Origin: an uncultured bacterium | GTDB lineage: Bacteria; Patescibacteriota; Minisyncoccia; Minisyncoccales; UBA5738 | Assembly (NCBI GenBank): GCA_903847095.1 | Contig: CAINCQ010000041.1 | Location: forward strand, 8,292 to 72,291 | Length of the DNA stretch: 64,000 nt | Direction: 5' to 3' | Program-made: the position numbers and the translations under genes | Shown here: positions 18,025-27,451 of the stretch, one piece after another | How the letters are laid out: each line of letters begins with the position of its first letter | How positions within the stretch are numbered: the first letter of the stretch is position 1 | Notes under the pieces: generated by a model | What the model was told of the DNA's origin: nothing | The model's database searches: none | What the model saw: only the letters and a program-made list of their open reading frames with translations

Positions 18025-18363
18025 ATGAAACCAATTATTCAATTCACGGATTTTGAAAAAATTGATTTGCGCGCGGGTAAGATCGTTAGCTGTTCCCTTC
18101 CCGCCTGGAGTTCCAAGCTTTTGGAACTGGATGTCGATTTCGGGGCGGAGATCGGCCAAAAAAAGATCTTCGCGGGAGTTCGGAAACGTTTTAAACCCGA
18201 AGAGTTGGCCGGAAAGACCTGCGTTTTCGTGGTCAACCTTGAAGAGCGGAAAATGGGCGAAGGCATTTCCCAGGGCATGATGCTGGTCGCGGTCGCGGCC
18301 GATGAGGCCGCTTCCCCGCTTCTGGTGGCGGAAAACGTGGCTCCGGGCGCGGAAGTGAGATGA
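18025..18363 (+). CDS. tRNA-binding domain protein (CsaA/EMAP-II-like)
   Basis: F.K.DLR.GKIV....P..SKLL.L.VD.G......I.AG......PEEL.GK...V.NL..RKM.G..S.GM.L is the Trbp111/CsaA OB-fold pattern. Start moved to the ATG at 18025. Confidence 0.75.
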   Translation: MKPIIQFTDFEKIDLRAGKIVSCSLPAWSSKLLELDVDFGAEIGQKKIFAGVRKRFKPEELAGKTCVFVVNLEERKMGEGISQGMMLVAVAADEAASPLLVAENVAPGAEVR

Positions 18364-18376
18364 TTGTTGATTCCAC

Positions 18377-18401
18377 AAAAAGACCAGCCTTACGACTGGT
18401 C
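18377..18401 (-). terminator. Intrinsic terminator of the 30-aa ORF
   Basis: On the minus strand, GACCAG-TCGTAAGG-CTGGTC followed by T5. The stem overlaps the TGA stop. Confidence 0.6.
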
Positions 18402-18492
18402 AAAGCATTTCCCGGCGTTTGAGATGGCCGATTCCTGCCGCTACCACCAAAACAATAAACATGATCAGCAGGTTCAGCCAAGTGAACTCCAT
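18400..18492 (-). CDS. Unannotated 30-aa hydrophobic peptide (MEFTWLNLLIMFIVLVVAAGIGHLKRREML)
   Basis: AAAGGAGGTG RBS 6 nt before the ATG at 18492, a single predicted TM helix and a basic C-terminus. Has its own promoter and terminator. Below the ORF-track length cutoff. Confidence 0.6.
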   Translation of the reverse strand: MEFTWLNLLIMFIVLVVAAGIGHLKRREML

Positions 18493-18524
18493 TATATCCA
18501 CCTCCTTTTTTGAAGCCTGACTAT

Positions 18525-18553
18525 TTTATAGCCTGCTTTTTTTGTCATGTCAA
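18525..18553 (-). promoter_or_regulatory. Near-consensus sigma70 promoter of the 30-aa ORF
   Basis: TTGACA (18548-18553), 17 nt spacer, TATAAA (18525-18530). Confidence 0.55.
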
Positions 18554-18566
18554 AGATGTTTCGCGC

Positions 18567-18764
18567 CTACTTTTTTATCGGCGGTTCGGGAATGGCCACG
18601 GCCGCCACCATGTAAACGAAAACGCCGGGAAAGATTCCGGTAAGACAGGTTATGACGATCCAGATTATCCGCAGATTATGGCGGTCCAGGTTATAATATT
18701 TAGCCAAACCGGCGATAACGCCAAAAATGTCCTTGTTGTCAAGGTCTTTGCAAAGCTTTTTCAT
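18567..18764 (-). CDS. PspC-domain protein
   Basis: 65 aa; KDIFGVIAGLAKYYNLD...LRIIWIV is the PspC domain followed by a TM helix. Confidence 0.75.
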   Translation of the reverse strand: MKKLCKDLDNKDIFGVIAGLAKYYNLDRHNLRIIWIVITCLTGIFPGVFVYMVAAVAIPEPPIKK

Positions 18765-18769
18765 ATTGG

Positions 18770-19021
18770 CTACATGGGAAAATTTTCTTTGAGGTTTTCC
18801 GTTCCTTCATCTTGCGCGAATTCCTTTTCGATCTCCTTGAACTCATTTTCAAGGTTGTCGAGTTTTTCCCGGCTTTCTTTTATCAAAATCGCCGCTTCTT
18901 TGACTTTGTCCAAGCCTGCTTCAAGATCGATATCCTTCTGGGAGTTGAACCAGGTGGAAATTTCCGCCAGTTTTTTCAAATTTTCGTTGAGATTGATCTC
19001 TTTTTTATTTTTTGACGTCAT
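18770..19021 (-). CDS. xseB: Exodeoxyribonuclease VII small subunit
   Basis: 83-aa helical protein (NLKKLAEI...W......DLEAGL....EA..L...) overlapping the 3' end of xseA. Confidence 0.8.
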   Translation of the reverse strand: MTSKNKKEINLNENLKKLAEISTWFNSQKDIDLEAGLDKVKEAAILIKESREKLDNLENEFKEIEKEFAQDEGTENLKENFPM

Positions 19022-20237
19022 TGTTTTTGTGGATCGTATTAATGTTGGAATTGATTGTTCCGTCCGCCAGGCTGATGTCGATCATTTCGCCGACGGAAAC
19101 GCCTTTAATGCTTTTTAGGATCCTGCCGTGGATTTTAACAATAGAATAACCGAGTTTTAACCTCTGTTCGGGGTCGTTTAAGGCCACGGTTTTTTCCAGA
19201 TACTCCAACTGTTGCGCGGCACCCATCAGCGCCAGCTTTAACTGGGCCGCGATTTTTGCTCCTGTTTCGTTTAAAAAGCGGCGCACGTTGGTTAAAATAT
19301 ATTTAAAGTTTCCGAATGCCTGGGCGTGGCGCGTAAGTTTAGACCTAGCGTCGTTCAAAGCGTTTTTATATCCTCCGATCATAAAGATCTGATAATGGTC
19401 CAGCGACCGGTTGATCTCTTCCCAGGATTGGCTGATCGTCGTCGCGGCGATCGAGGGTGTTGAGGTGGCCAGATCGGCCGCCATGGCCGCGAGCGGAACG
19501 TCCTTGTCGTGCCCGATGCCCGCGATGACCGGAACCGGGAAGGCCGCGATTTCGCGTACGATCGTTTCATTGTTGAACGCCATCATAGCCTCAAGCGAAC
19601 CGCCGCCTCTCATTATCACCAAGACGTCGATTTTTCTTTTTTTGAACGTTCTGATCGAGGCTATCAAATCGCCAACCGCGAGCTGTCCTTCGACCCGGGA
19701 ATCGATGAATTCGACGATAAACCCGAATTTTCCCAGGTTGGTCGTAAAATCGTGAATAACCGCTCCCTGCTTTGAAGTAATTACGCCGATCCGGCGGATG
19801 AATTTGGGAATGGGCCGTTTTTTTTGCTCGTCGAATATTCCTTCGAGAGTCAATTTTTTAAGCAGGCGGTCGTATTCAATTTTTAGCGCGCCTTCTCCGG
19901 CCAACTCGATCGAATCCGCGATGAACGAAAGTCTCCCTGAGGGCGCGTAGATTTCGGCGTGTCCCGATGTGATGATCTTTGATCCGACAGTGAGTTTTAA
20001 ACCGAACATTTCATAGCGGGAACGCCAGATGGCGCCGCTGATCACATGGCCGTTTTTTTCGTCTTTCAGCGAAAAATACATATGTCCGGTTGGTCCCAGC
20101 TTTGCTTCGCTCACCTCCCCGATGATCTTTACGGTCAAGGGCTTGATTTTTTGGTTGAGCAGTTCGATGTATTCGGAAACCGTATGAATTTCTTTTTTAC
20201 CGGTTTCCTCGAACGAAAATTGTTTGGAGTATTCCAT
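19005..20237 (-). CDS. xseA: Exodeoxyribonuclease VII large subunit
   Basis: OB-fold N-terminus (VSEYIELLN..I..L..V.I.GE.SE......GH.YF.LKD), RIGVITS, RGGGS.E.. and PV..GIGH..D motifs. Start moved to the ATG at 20237 (AAGGA RBS). Confidence 0.9.
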   Translation of the reverse strand: MEYSKQFSFEETGKKEIHTVSEYIELLNQKIKPLTVKIIGEVSEAKLGPTGHMYFSLKDEKNGHVISGAIWRSRYEMFGLKLTVGSKIITSGHAEIYAPSGRLSFIADSIELAGEGALKIEYDRLLKKLTLEGIFDEQKKRPIPKFIRRIGVITSKQGAVIHDFTTNLGKFGFIVEFIDSRVEGQLAVGDLIASIRTFKKRKIDVLVIMRGGGSLEAMMAFNNETIVREIAAFPVPVIAGIGHDKDVPLAAMAADLATSTPSIAATTISQSWEEINRSLDHYQIFMIGGYKNALNDARSKLTRHAQAFGNFKYILTNVRRFLNETGAKIAAQLKLALMGAAQQLEYLEKTVALNDPEQRLKLGYSIVKIHGRILKSIKGVSVGEMIDISLADGTINSNINTIHKNNDVKK

Positions 20238-20293
20238 GATCCTTGGGTGAACGACAAAAAGTATTATAGCATAATGCCGCAAAAAAGACTTCC

Positions 20294-20776
20294 TTGCAAA
20301 ACTTCCACTTTGTGGTATGGATAGGTGGGAACTTAAAAAAAGGAGGATTAAATACGTTATTGGAACAGAAGTTTGGTAAAATCAACAAGGTGCTTTTGTT
20401 TTGGATATTGGCGGTGGTGTTTCCGGTCGTGTTTATCCTATACCCGATACCGGGAGGGAGAATTCCGTTTGTCGTTCTTTTCCAGCTCATCGGTTATTCC
20501 GCTCTGGCGGCGGGAACCGTTTATCATTCTCTGGCTAAACGGGGACTTACCTGCGGCGAGATTTTCGATCAGGAGGTTAACGAAAACTATTGCTTTAGCG
20601 TCGTTCTAATGTCTTTTGTCTTCCAAATCGATTTCGGATACGGGATATTCTCCGGTTTTGTCGGAGCGTTTGATCTGGAGATGGTCATAATCATAATTAT
20701 TCTGTATTCGATCATCGCCTTGCTACGGGCTGCGGTCAGGAAAAACAAGTGCGAACATCCATTAGTCAAAGATTAA
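20294..20776 (+). CDS. Hypothetical membrane protein
   Basis: Four hydrophobic helices. An AAAGGAGGA RBS inside the 5' part of the ORF suggests the true start is the TTG near 20360. Terminator (AGGCG-GTAA-CGCCT plus T6) at about 20778-20800. Confidence 0.5.
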   Translation: MQNFHFVVWIGGNLKKGGLNTLLEQKFGKINKVLLFWILAVVFPVVFILYPIPGGRIPFVVLFQLIGYSALAAGTVYHSLAKRGLTCGEIFDQEVNENYCFSVVLMSFVFQIDFGYGIFSGFVGAFDLEMVIIIIILYSIIALLRAAVRKNKCEHPLVKD

Positions 20777-20899
20777 GGCGGTAACGCCTTTTTTGTTTAC
20801 TCCCGGGCAAAAGGAAACCGTGGGTGGACGCGAAGCAGAAGCCGGGTGAGGAGGTCGTTTTGGCAATTAAAAAAAGCCAAAAATTGGCTTTCAAGACTC

Positions 20900-21460
20900 C
20901 TATAGGAATTCTTCGATGGATAAGAACTCTTTGATTTTATCCGTTATCAGGTCGACCAGTTCGCTTGGACCATCATCAATGAAAAGCGTTTTCGCGTCCA
21001 GGCTTTCGGCGTGTCGTTCGCGGTCGTCGGTCGCGACGTTGTTCGGAGTGTCGGTATAATCGGCATGACCTTTATTGTGGTCGTAGGCCAGATACTTTTT
21101 TTTGCCGGCCACCTCCGCAAAAAAAACCTCGTGCACGGAAAAAATATACCAATAGATCGCTTCGTTTGTCGGTGACGCAAGAATACTTTCCTTAAGGGAT
21201 GAGGAATACGCGATCAAAATATCTTTGCCTTTTATATTTCTTAAATATACCGTTTCCAGATTGAGCTGGAGTCCGGCTTGAAAGGCAAGTGTATCGAGAG
21301 AAAGATGATATATTCGGTTGGAAATCGCGTATATTTCCCGATAATGATCGCTCTTCGCACCAAATTCGTCAAATTTTGTTGCCAGATCGCCCGTATCCGA
21401 TTCCTCCTCGTTTTTATCAATATGCTGCCTTAGGTCTATCAGGAAAAGGAGTTTTGTCAA
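20900..21460 (-). CDS. Hypothetical protein (186 aa)
   Basis: ORF with a downstream terminator (AGCCA-ATTTT-TGGCT plus T7 on the minus strand, about 20866-20890). No recognisable motif. Confidence 0.5.
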   Translation of the reverse strand: MTKLLFLIDLRQHIDKNEEESDTGDLATKFDEFGAKSDHYREIYAISNRIYHLSLDTLAFQAGLQLNLETVYLRNIKGKDILIAYSSSLKESILASPTNEAIYWYIFSVHEVFFAEVAGKKKYLAYDHNKGHADYTDTPNNVATDDRERHAESLDAKTLFIDDGPSELVDLITDKIKEFLSIEEFL

Positions 21461-21476
21461 TAAGGCCGGATTAATT

Positions 21477-22178
21477 TTATGCTAATAAGCCCAGGATGTA
21501 TTCTTTGGCCTTAAGCTGTTCTTCGAGGCTGTTCTCGAGCTCCAAGGCGCAATATTTCGAAAAATATTTGACCGGATAGTTTTTCAGATAATCGAAACAA
21601 GACAATTCATCAAAATGGTGAGTGTCGAAACGTTTTTCCCCGTCGCCGTTGATCCGGATCTTATCGCCAACTCCGCTGATATGATTACAGCCGATCGGAT
21701 AGGTTCCCAAGGCTTTTGTGAAGGATTCAAACCTCTCCGGATTTAGCCGCCGGTCGTTTTCCAAATGGGATACATCAAGACAGATTCCCGCCCAATCCTT
21801 CATCTCGTCCGGATTATAGGGATTATAAACGTTTTCGATGAATATCTTATCGGAGTGGCGCGACCAATCATTAAGGTGGGGATATTCGGCGCCGCAGTGG
21901 GTATTAAAAACTTTGGTGCCGAAATTATTCGCCAGATACTCGATCTCGCCGACCGTCATATCGCTTCTCAAATGGACGAACGGGCAGGACTCGATCGTTG
22001 ATTTTTCGAGCAACCCGAAATACTCCTTCCGGTTCTCTTCAGAAAGGGTGGTCGGGAACAAGGCGCATTCTTTGAGACCGAGACGCGTTGCTTCAGCGAA
22101 CATTGCGTGCCAATCCGAGCCTTTGGTAGTAGTAATTGAGACCAGGATGTTATCGGGCTTGATCATATAGATATCCAA
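21477..22178 (-). CDS. Hypothetical protein, possibly TIM-barrel sugar-phosphate isomerase/endonuclease-IV-like
   Basis: The alternating beta-alpha pattern and conserved His/Asp/Glu (VHLRSD, FNTHCG, FIENV, CLDVSH, HHFDE, ALELE) are reminiscent of the xylose-isomerase-like TIM-barrel superfamily. Start ambiguous (22178 or 22166). Confidence 0.35.
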   Translation of the reverse strand: MDIYMIKPDNILVSITTTKGSDWHAMFAEATRLGLKECALFPTTLSEENRKEYFGLLEKSTIESCPFVHLRSDMTVGEIEYLANNFGTKVFNTHCGAEYPHLNDWSRHSDKIFIENVYNPYNPDEMKDWAGICLDVSHLENDRRLNPERFESFTKALGTYPIGCNHISGVGDKIRINGDGEKRFDTHHFDELSCFDYLKNYPVKYFSKYCALELENSLEEQLKAKEYILGLLA

Positions 22179-22271
22179 TCACCTATTGTATAAATGTTTA
22201 AGCTTGCGGTCAAATAGTAAAGCGTAACGAAAAAAGACAGAGTTTGTTCCCTGTCTTGCCTCCTTGAGTAT

Positions 22272-22571
22272 TTATATCTCAAGGATTTCCGCCGCTAAAA
22301 TATTAATCCTTTGCTCGGGAAGTATGATGGTGCCGAACCTTCTCTGCCCATTGTGGATGGGCTTGGATGTTCTGGCCAGCATTCGGATATGATAGCGCCG
22401 GGTTTCCAGCGCCATCCGAGCGTTCCGATCCTTAGCCGATTCTACGTATCCAAGATCAATGGCCAGGATAAGATTGCACTCCGCCATTATCATTTCGCCT
22501 TTCGGACGGATACGACGGTCCCCGATTGGCCAATCCTCAAAACGGATGGCCTCTCTTTCCCATTTCCTCAC
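22272..22571 (-). CDS. Hypothetical protein (99 aa)
   Basis: GTG start with a TAGGAGGA RBS 7 nt upstream. No recognisable motif. Confidence 0.5.
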   Translation of the reverse strand: MRKWEREAIRFEDWPIGDRRIRPKGEMIMAECNLILAIDLGYVESAKDRNARMALETRRYHIRMLARTSKPIHNGQRRFGTIILPEQRINILAAEILEI

Positions 22572-22784
22572 TATTCATCCTCCTAATAATATATAGCTTA
22601 ACACATATTTAATATTATGTCAATATCGCAAGCCTGACGGGTATCGATCAAGATTTTGGATTATTGGCGCTTCGGCCACTCTTTTTTGCTTAAGCAGAAA
22701 TATGGGCATGAATGAGGCTACTCTTCTTGGCGGTGGAACGAAGAAGAAGATGGTATTGGAATGATTTTCTGTTATAATCTAACA

Positions 22785-24164
22785 ATGAAAAAAGCGGAAT
22801 TAAGCTTCAATATCGTCCTCGTAGTTGTTGATTTTATCATGCTTTTGGCCGCGTCCGTCGCGGCTTATTATCTGAGAATAAGTCCGTGGCTTGAGGGTTG
22901 GCGCCAACCTCAGGAATTTTTTTTGCGGTTTCCTTTTTCCGTTTATTTCCCGGTAGCTATTCTTGTTTCGGCGGTTTGGATCGTCATATTTTTTCTGGCC
23001 GGTTTATACCGCTCAAGGTTTGGCCAAAGTATCATTGAGGATTTTACCAAAGTTGTTTTGGCGACGTTGGCCGGAGTGGCCGCGGTAACGCTGTTTTTTT
23101 TCTTTAATCAGGAACTTTTCGATTCCCGGTTTATTTTGCTGGCGGCTTGGTTTTTCTCCCTGGTTTTAGTAACGATGGGCCGGTTTGCGATCAAAAAGGT
23201 CTGGGCCAGATTCCGGCTCGGTACCCAGCGGACGGTTCTTGTCGGCCCGCCGGAAGTGGTCGGAAGCTTGGCGGCGGCAATGGCCGCCGATCCTTATATT
23301 GAACGAAGGGCCGTAGCCAAATTAACCGCATACAACGAAAAAGAACTTAACCGGATCAAGGATGATGAGGGATTCGATGAGGTTATGGTGTGCGACGAAA
23401 AAATAGCCAAGGAACAACTGGCGGTTATCGCGGATTACTGTGAGAATAATAACTTGAATTTTCGTTTTATTCCCGATTTATTCCAGACTTTCTTTATCAA
23501 TATTAATGTTGAAACAATAGCCGGATTCCCGGTTTTGGAATTTAACCGCACACCGCTCGAAGGTTGGGGGCGTTTTTCAAAACGCGCGGTTGACGCGGCG
23601 GTCGCGGCGGCGGGAATTGTATTGTTTTTGCCCTTCTGGGTCGCGGTCGCGGCGGTGATAACGCTTGACAGCCCCGGCCCCGCTCTCGTGAAGCTCAAAA
23701 GGGTAAGCCGCGGAAAAGAATTCTGCCTGTACAAATTCCGCTCCATGAAAAACAACTCTCAGGAGTTAAAAAGCCGGTATCTCGAACATAACGAACGAAA
23801 AGACGGTCCGCTGTTCAAAATCAAAAACGATCCTCGCGTGACGCGCGCGGGAAAATATTTACGAAGAACCTGGATAGACGAGTTTCCCCAGTTGATCAAC
23901 GTTCTTAAGGGTGAAATGAGCTTGGTAGGTCCGCGTCCGCATGAGCCCGAAGAAGTCGCTTGTTATCAAAAAAGGCACAAAGGCGTTTTTTTTGTGAAGT
24001 CGGGCATGACCGGAATATCGCAGGTGAGCGGCAGCTCCAGCTTGCCTTTTGAAGAGGAGGTCAAGCTTGATCTCTACTACGTGAAGAATTGGTCCATGAT
24101 CTGGGATTTCAAAATTATTCTTAAAACCATGGTTTTGTTTTTCAAACAAAAAGCTTCTTACTGA
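22785..24164 (+). CDS. Undecaprenyl-phosphate hexose-1-phosphate transferase (WbaP/EPS polyprenyl glycosylphosphotransferase family)
   Basis: Four or five N-terminal TM helices, a central linker and the C-terminal bacterial sugar transferase domain (RF.KR..D......LF.P........L.SPGP....Q.R.G..G..F...KFR.M, DE.PQL.NVL.G.MSLVGPRP). Confidence 0.85.
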   Translation: MKKAELSFNIVLVVVDFIMLLAASVAAYYLRISPWLEGWRQPQEFFLRFPFSVYFPVAILVSAVWIVIFFLAGLYRSRFGQSIIEDFTKVVLATLAGVAAVTLFFFFNQELFDSRFILLAAWFFSLVLVTMGRFAIKKVWARFRLGTQRTVLVGPPEVVGSLAAAMAADPYIERRAVAKLTAYNEKELNRIKDDEGFDEVMVCDEKIAKEQLAVIADYCENNNLNFRFIPDLFQTFFININVETIAGFPVLEFNRTPLEGWGRFSKRAVDAAVAAAGIVLFLPFWVAVAAVITLDSPGPALVKLKRVSRGKEFCLYKFRSMKNNSQELKSRYLEHNERKDGPLFKIKNDPRVTRAGKYLRRTWIDEFPQLINVLKGEMSLVGPRPHEPEEVACYQKRHKGVFFVKSGMTGISQVSGSSSLPFEEEVKLDLYYVKNWSMIWDFKIILKTMVLFFKQKASY

Positions 24165-25489
24165 CTGGCCAATTCCTCATAGACCGAAACCATTTCGTTC
24201 ACCGTTTTAGTTAGGGAAAATTCCGATTCTACGCGCCGCCGCGCTTTTACGCCCATATCTTTTCTTGAACTTTCGTGGGAAAGCAAATACCCGATTTTAT
24301 CCGTAAAACCGTTTAGGTCGCGCGCCCTTACGCAGAATCCGCTCTCGGCGGAGATTAACTCTTTATGGCCGCCGACATCCGAAATTACCACTGGCACCCC
24401 CATCGCCATCGCTTCGGCGGCGCTTAAACCAAACCCTTCGGTAAGCGACGTTGAAACGAAAATCGAAGCGATGGATAGGATCTCGGGTATTTCTTCCTTA
24501 AAGCCGAGAAATTTGATATTGGCGGCCAAGTTCATTTTTTTTACCCGTTTGACCATGGCGCTTCGCAGGTAGCCGTCTCCGGCAACGACAAAAGTTGTCC
24601 GTGGATAAGCAATCGAAACCTTTTTGGCGATTTTTAAAAAAGAAACGGGATCTTTTTCCCTGATGAGGCGCGAGATGAAAACTACTGTTTGATTTTCTGG
24701 CGGTATGCCGTATTTGTTTTTTATCCCGGCCTTTTTTTGGGAAAACAACGAAGGATCGAAGAGAGACAGGTCCACTCCGTTAGGGACAACGGAAATTTTT
24801 TTTGGTTCCGCGTATTGTTTCTCGACCAAAAAGTTTTTCATTAATTCCGTCGCTACGATCGTTCTATCGATTGAGGATGAAAATTTCCGGTACCCGAAAC
24901 CGTGCAGCAAGGCGAAATAGTCCGGATCGATGTGGACCCAATTGACGGTGGCCGCTTGGGTTCTCGCTTTTAGGTAAGGCAGCGCGAAATAAAGAATCTC
25001 GCAATTGCTGAATTGCACGATAGTGGTACCTAAATCCGAAACAAGATCTACTATCGCGTCTTTTTGCGACCACAAGCCGCCCGAACGGGAAAGGTCGTAA
25101 ACGTCGGCCACCGACTCGAATTTTTCCGTCCATTCCCCTTTCTTCAGGGCGCAGCCCAAAACGGGTTGTAATCCGATTTTCGAAAGGTTTTTGACGACAT
25201 CGAACAATATTCTCTCGGCTCCGCCGAAAACCAGATGCGGAGCAACGAACAGTAAGCGGACCTTACCCCGGTAATTTTTGGATCCGGCCGCCGCCGATGG
25301 CGGATCTTGATGTTCGAAAACGGTTGCCCGGCTGTAAAAAAAAACTTCCAAAAAAACGCCTTTGGCCAAAGCTTTCACGCGCCACGGAAACAAGCGCTTG
25401 ACGAACTCATAGAATTGGTAAAGCTTATTGACCATGGGCGTTGAATTTACCCGGACTGAATGACTGGCGACTTTTCGTGGAGTGCTCAT
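24158..25489 (-). CDS. Glycosyltransferase family 4 (GT-B, group 1)
   Basis: C-terminal E-x7-E region (TSLTEGFGLSAAEAMAMGVPVV.SDVGG..E). Confidence 0.8.
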   Translation of the reverse strand: MSTPRKVASHSVRVNSTPMVNKLYQFYEFVKRLFPWRVKALAKGVFLEVFFYSRATVFEHQDPPSAAAGSKNYRGKVRLLFVAPHLVFGGAERILFDVVKNLSKIGLQPVLGCALKKGEWTEKFESVADVYDLSRSGGLWSQKDAIVDLVSDLGTTIVQFSNCEILYFALPYLKARTQAATVNWVHIDPDYFALLHGFGYRKFSSSIDRTIVATELMKNFLVEKQYAEPKKISVVPNGVDLSLFDPSLFSQKKAGIKNKYGIPPENQTVVFISRLIREKDPVSFLKIAKKVSIAYPRTTFVVAGDGYLRSAMVKRVKKMNLAANIKFLGFKEEIPEILSIASIFVSTSLTEGFGLSAAEAMAMGVPVVISDVGGHKELISAESGFCVRARDLNGFTDKIGYLLSHESSRKDMGVKARRRVESEFSLTKTVNEMVSVYEELASQ

Positions 25490-27447
25490 TTTAGAAAGGA
25501 ATCCGCTTTTAAGAATTCATCCCGGGCCTTGTCGTTCAGGTTTTCGTTTGAGTATGCCGTTCCGTTAACGCGATGCAGTTTTTCGATCTGGGCCAACACG
25601 ACTTTTTTGTCGGGTACGATGTAGTAAGGAGATAGAACGTATTCTTTTTTGTAATAAGGTAAAATTTTATCGAGCAGTAAATGAATATCGACGTATCTTT
25701 GTTGCGTAAAATAAAGATCGGCCAACGCAAAGGCGGCATCCAGGCCGAATGGATATTTACTTAACGCGACCCGGTAATTTTCTTCAGCTGCCGGTTGATC
25801 GCCTTTCGCCAGCTCGATTTCTCCTAAAAACAAGCGATTTTCCGAGGTGTCGGACCAAAAAAGCGCTTGATCGGTGAAATTGACTGAGGCGGAAAAATCG
25901 TCTTTATTCCCGGTCTTTTTTGCCGAATCAAGGTAAAGACCGGCCAGCCGGAGACGGTATCGGGGATCGAAAGGATCGGTATCCGCGGCTTTTTGAAGGC
26001 TGCTTAAGGCTTCCGAAGAATGTCCTTCTTCCAGATAATAGATGCCGTCCTGGTATGAGGAATCCGCCATAAAATCCGTTATTCCAAAATATAACAAGAC
26101 CAGAGCCAGCGGAAAAAAACCAATAAGTGATCGGTCCGCAATTTTTTTGGCCCATCCCATCCTTTCGTCGCCAGCTTCAGGGTTACCGTAAAACGTTCCG
26201 GCTTTCAAAATTATTCCCGAGATCAGAAAAAAAGCGATCAAATTAGCCAGATAGGACCAGCCGAAATTGACGCCATTATCAAGCAGACTGGCCGCGGCGC
26301 CTCCGGTCAATCCGATCAAAACGAGATCGGCGGTATCGGCCGAATCCGTTAGGCCCTTTTTTAAATTCGTAAGCAGTTTAAAAACGGAAAGCAAAAAACC
26401 GCAAATATAGACCAAAAAAACCAAAAACAAAATTAAGCCCCCTTCAGCCAAAACCTTCAGATAGAAATTGTGGGGATCGGTACTGTAGTAAAAAGGCGGT
26501 TTCAGGTACTGTTTATCGTAATAAGGATAAGATCCGAGGCCTCCGCCCAAGAATATCCGGTCTTTGAAGATATCCCAAGCCCCTTGCCAGAAAAAGATCC
26601 GCGCCACAGCGGCGTTTTCCTGGACAGTTTCGGCGTCGTAAACCACGTTCGCCGCCGAAACCTGTTTGGCTTGATAAGACTTGAGCCGCGAGAAACCGGT
26701 AATCACCGTCAGGCTGGCTAGAATTATGATCGCGATCAAGGCGAGCGAATGCTTATTGGCGATTTTTTTTTGGAAGAATACGGCTAAAAATAGCATAACG
26801 GAAAAAAAGCTTATCCACGCCCCCCGGCTTCGGTCAAAATAGAAAACAACGAAAAATAAAATATTGGTAGCGATCAGGTAAATCTTCCAATGGCGTTGTG
26901 GTTTTCCCAGGAAAAGCAAACAAACCGCGAGCATCAGAGGGTAGGTTATAAATTCGCCGAAAGGGATATGGCTGTAAAAAGTCGAGGTTAAGCGCAAAAA
27001 ACCAAAACTTTGAGAAACGGAGAAATCATATAAGCCAATAAGGGAAAGAAGAATTCCAAGCCCTAGAACAAGATAGCCGAAATACCGGATCTCTTTTTTG
27101 GAATCGATAAAATTAAAAACAAGAAAACACAAAATGAAACACGCCAGAAAGTTCAGGAATTCGGACAAACCGCGATACTTGTCCGGTGAAAAGATTACCG
27201 ACGCGCCCGATCCAAACACAAATAACGCCAAAAAAAGGAACGGAACGTAAGCTCCTTTAAGGTCAAATTTTCCCTTCAACTTCCACATAAAAAAAACCGT
27301 CGGGAGTAGAAGGGAAAATAATACCAATTGCCCGGTCGCGCTTTTTCCACCCCAAAAGAGCGGCGGAACGAAAACAATGGCGGAAAGCAAAGCCAGAACC
27401 GCAAGTTCGCGCAAGCTGTAAGCTTTGCCTCTTTGTGGTATTGCCAT
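25486..27447 (-). CDS. O-antigen ligase/polymerase-like (Wzy_C family) membrane protein with C-terminal TPR repeats
   Basis: About 10-12 TM helices, a large loop with the RSRGAW motif typical of Wzy_C/WaaL/PglL proteins, then about 200 aa of TPR-like repeats. Confidence 0.7.
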   Translation of the reverse strand: MAIPQRGKAYSLRELAVLALLSAIVFVPPLFWGGKSATGQLVLFSLLLPTVFFMWKLKGKFDLKGAYVPFLFLALFVFGSGASVIFSPDKYRGLSEFLNFLACFILCFLVFNFIDSKKEIRYFGYLVLGLGILLSLIGLYDFSVSQSFGFLRLTSTFYSHIPFGEFITYPLMLAVCLLFLGKPQRHWKIYLIATNILFFVVFYFDRSRGAWISFFSVMLFLAVFFQKKIANKHSLALIAIIILASLTVITGFSRLKSYQAKQVSAANVVYDAETVQENAAVARIFFWQGAWDIFKDRIFLGGGLGSYPYYDKQYLKPPFYYSTDPHNFYLKVLAEGGLILFLVFLVYICGFLLSVFKLLTNLKKGLTDSADTADLVLIGLTGGAAASLLDNGVNFGWSYLANLIAFFLISGIILKAGTFYGNPEAGDERMGWAKKIADRSLIGFFPLALVLLYFGITDFMADSSYQDGIYYLEEGHSSEALSSLQKAADTDPFDPRYRLRLAGLYLDSAKKTGNKDDFSASVNFTDQALFWSDTSENRLFLGEIELAKGDQPAAEENYRVALSKYPFGLDAAFALADLYFTQQRYVDIHLLLDKILPYYKKEYVLSPYYIVPDKKVVLAQIEKLHRVNGTAYSNENLNDKARDEFLKADSFLK

Positions 27448-27451
27448 GGAT

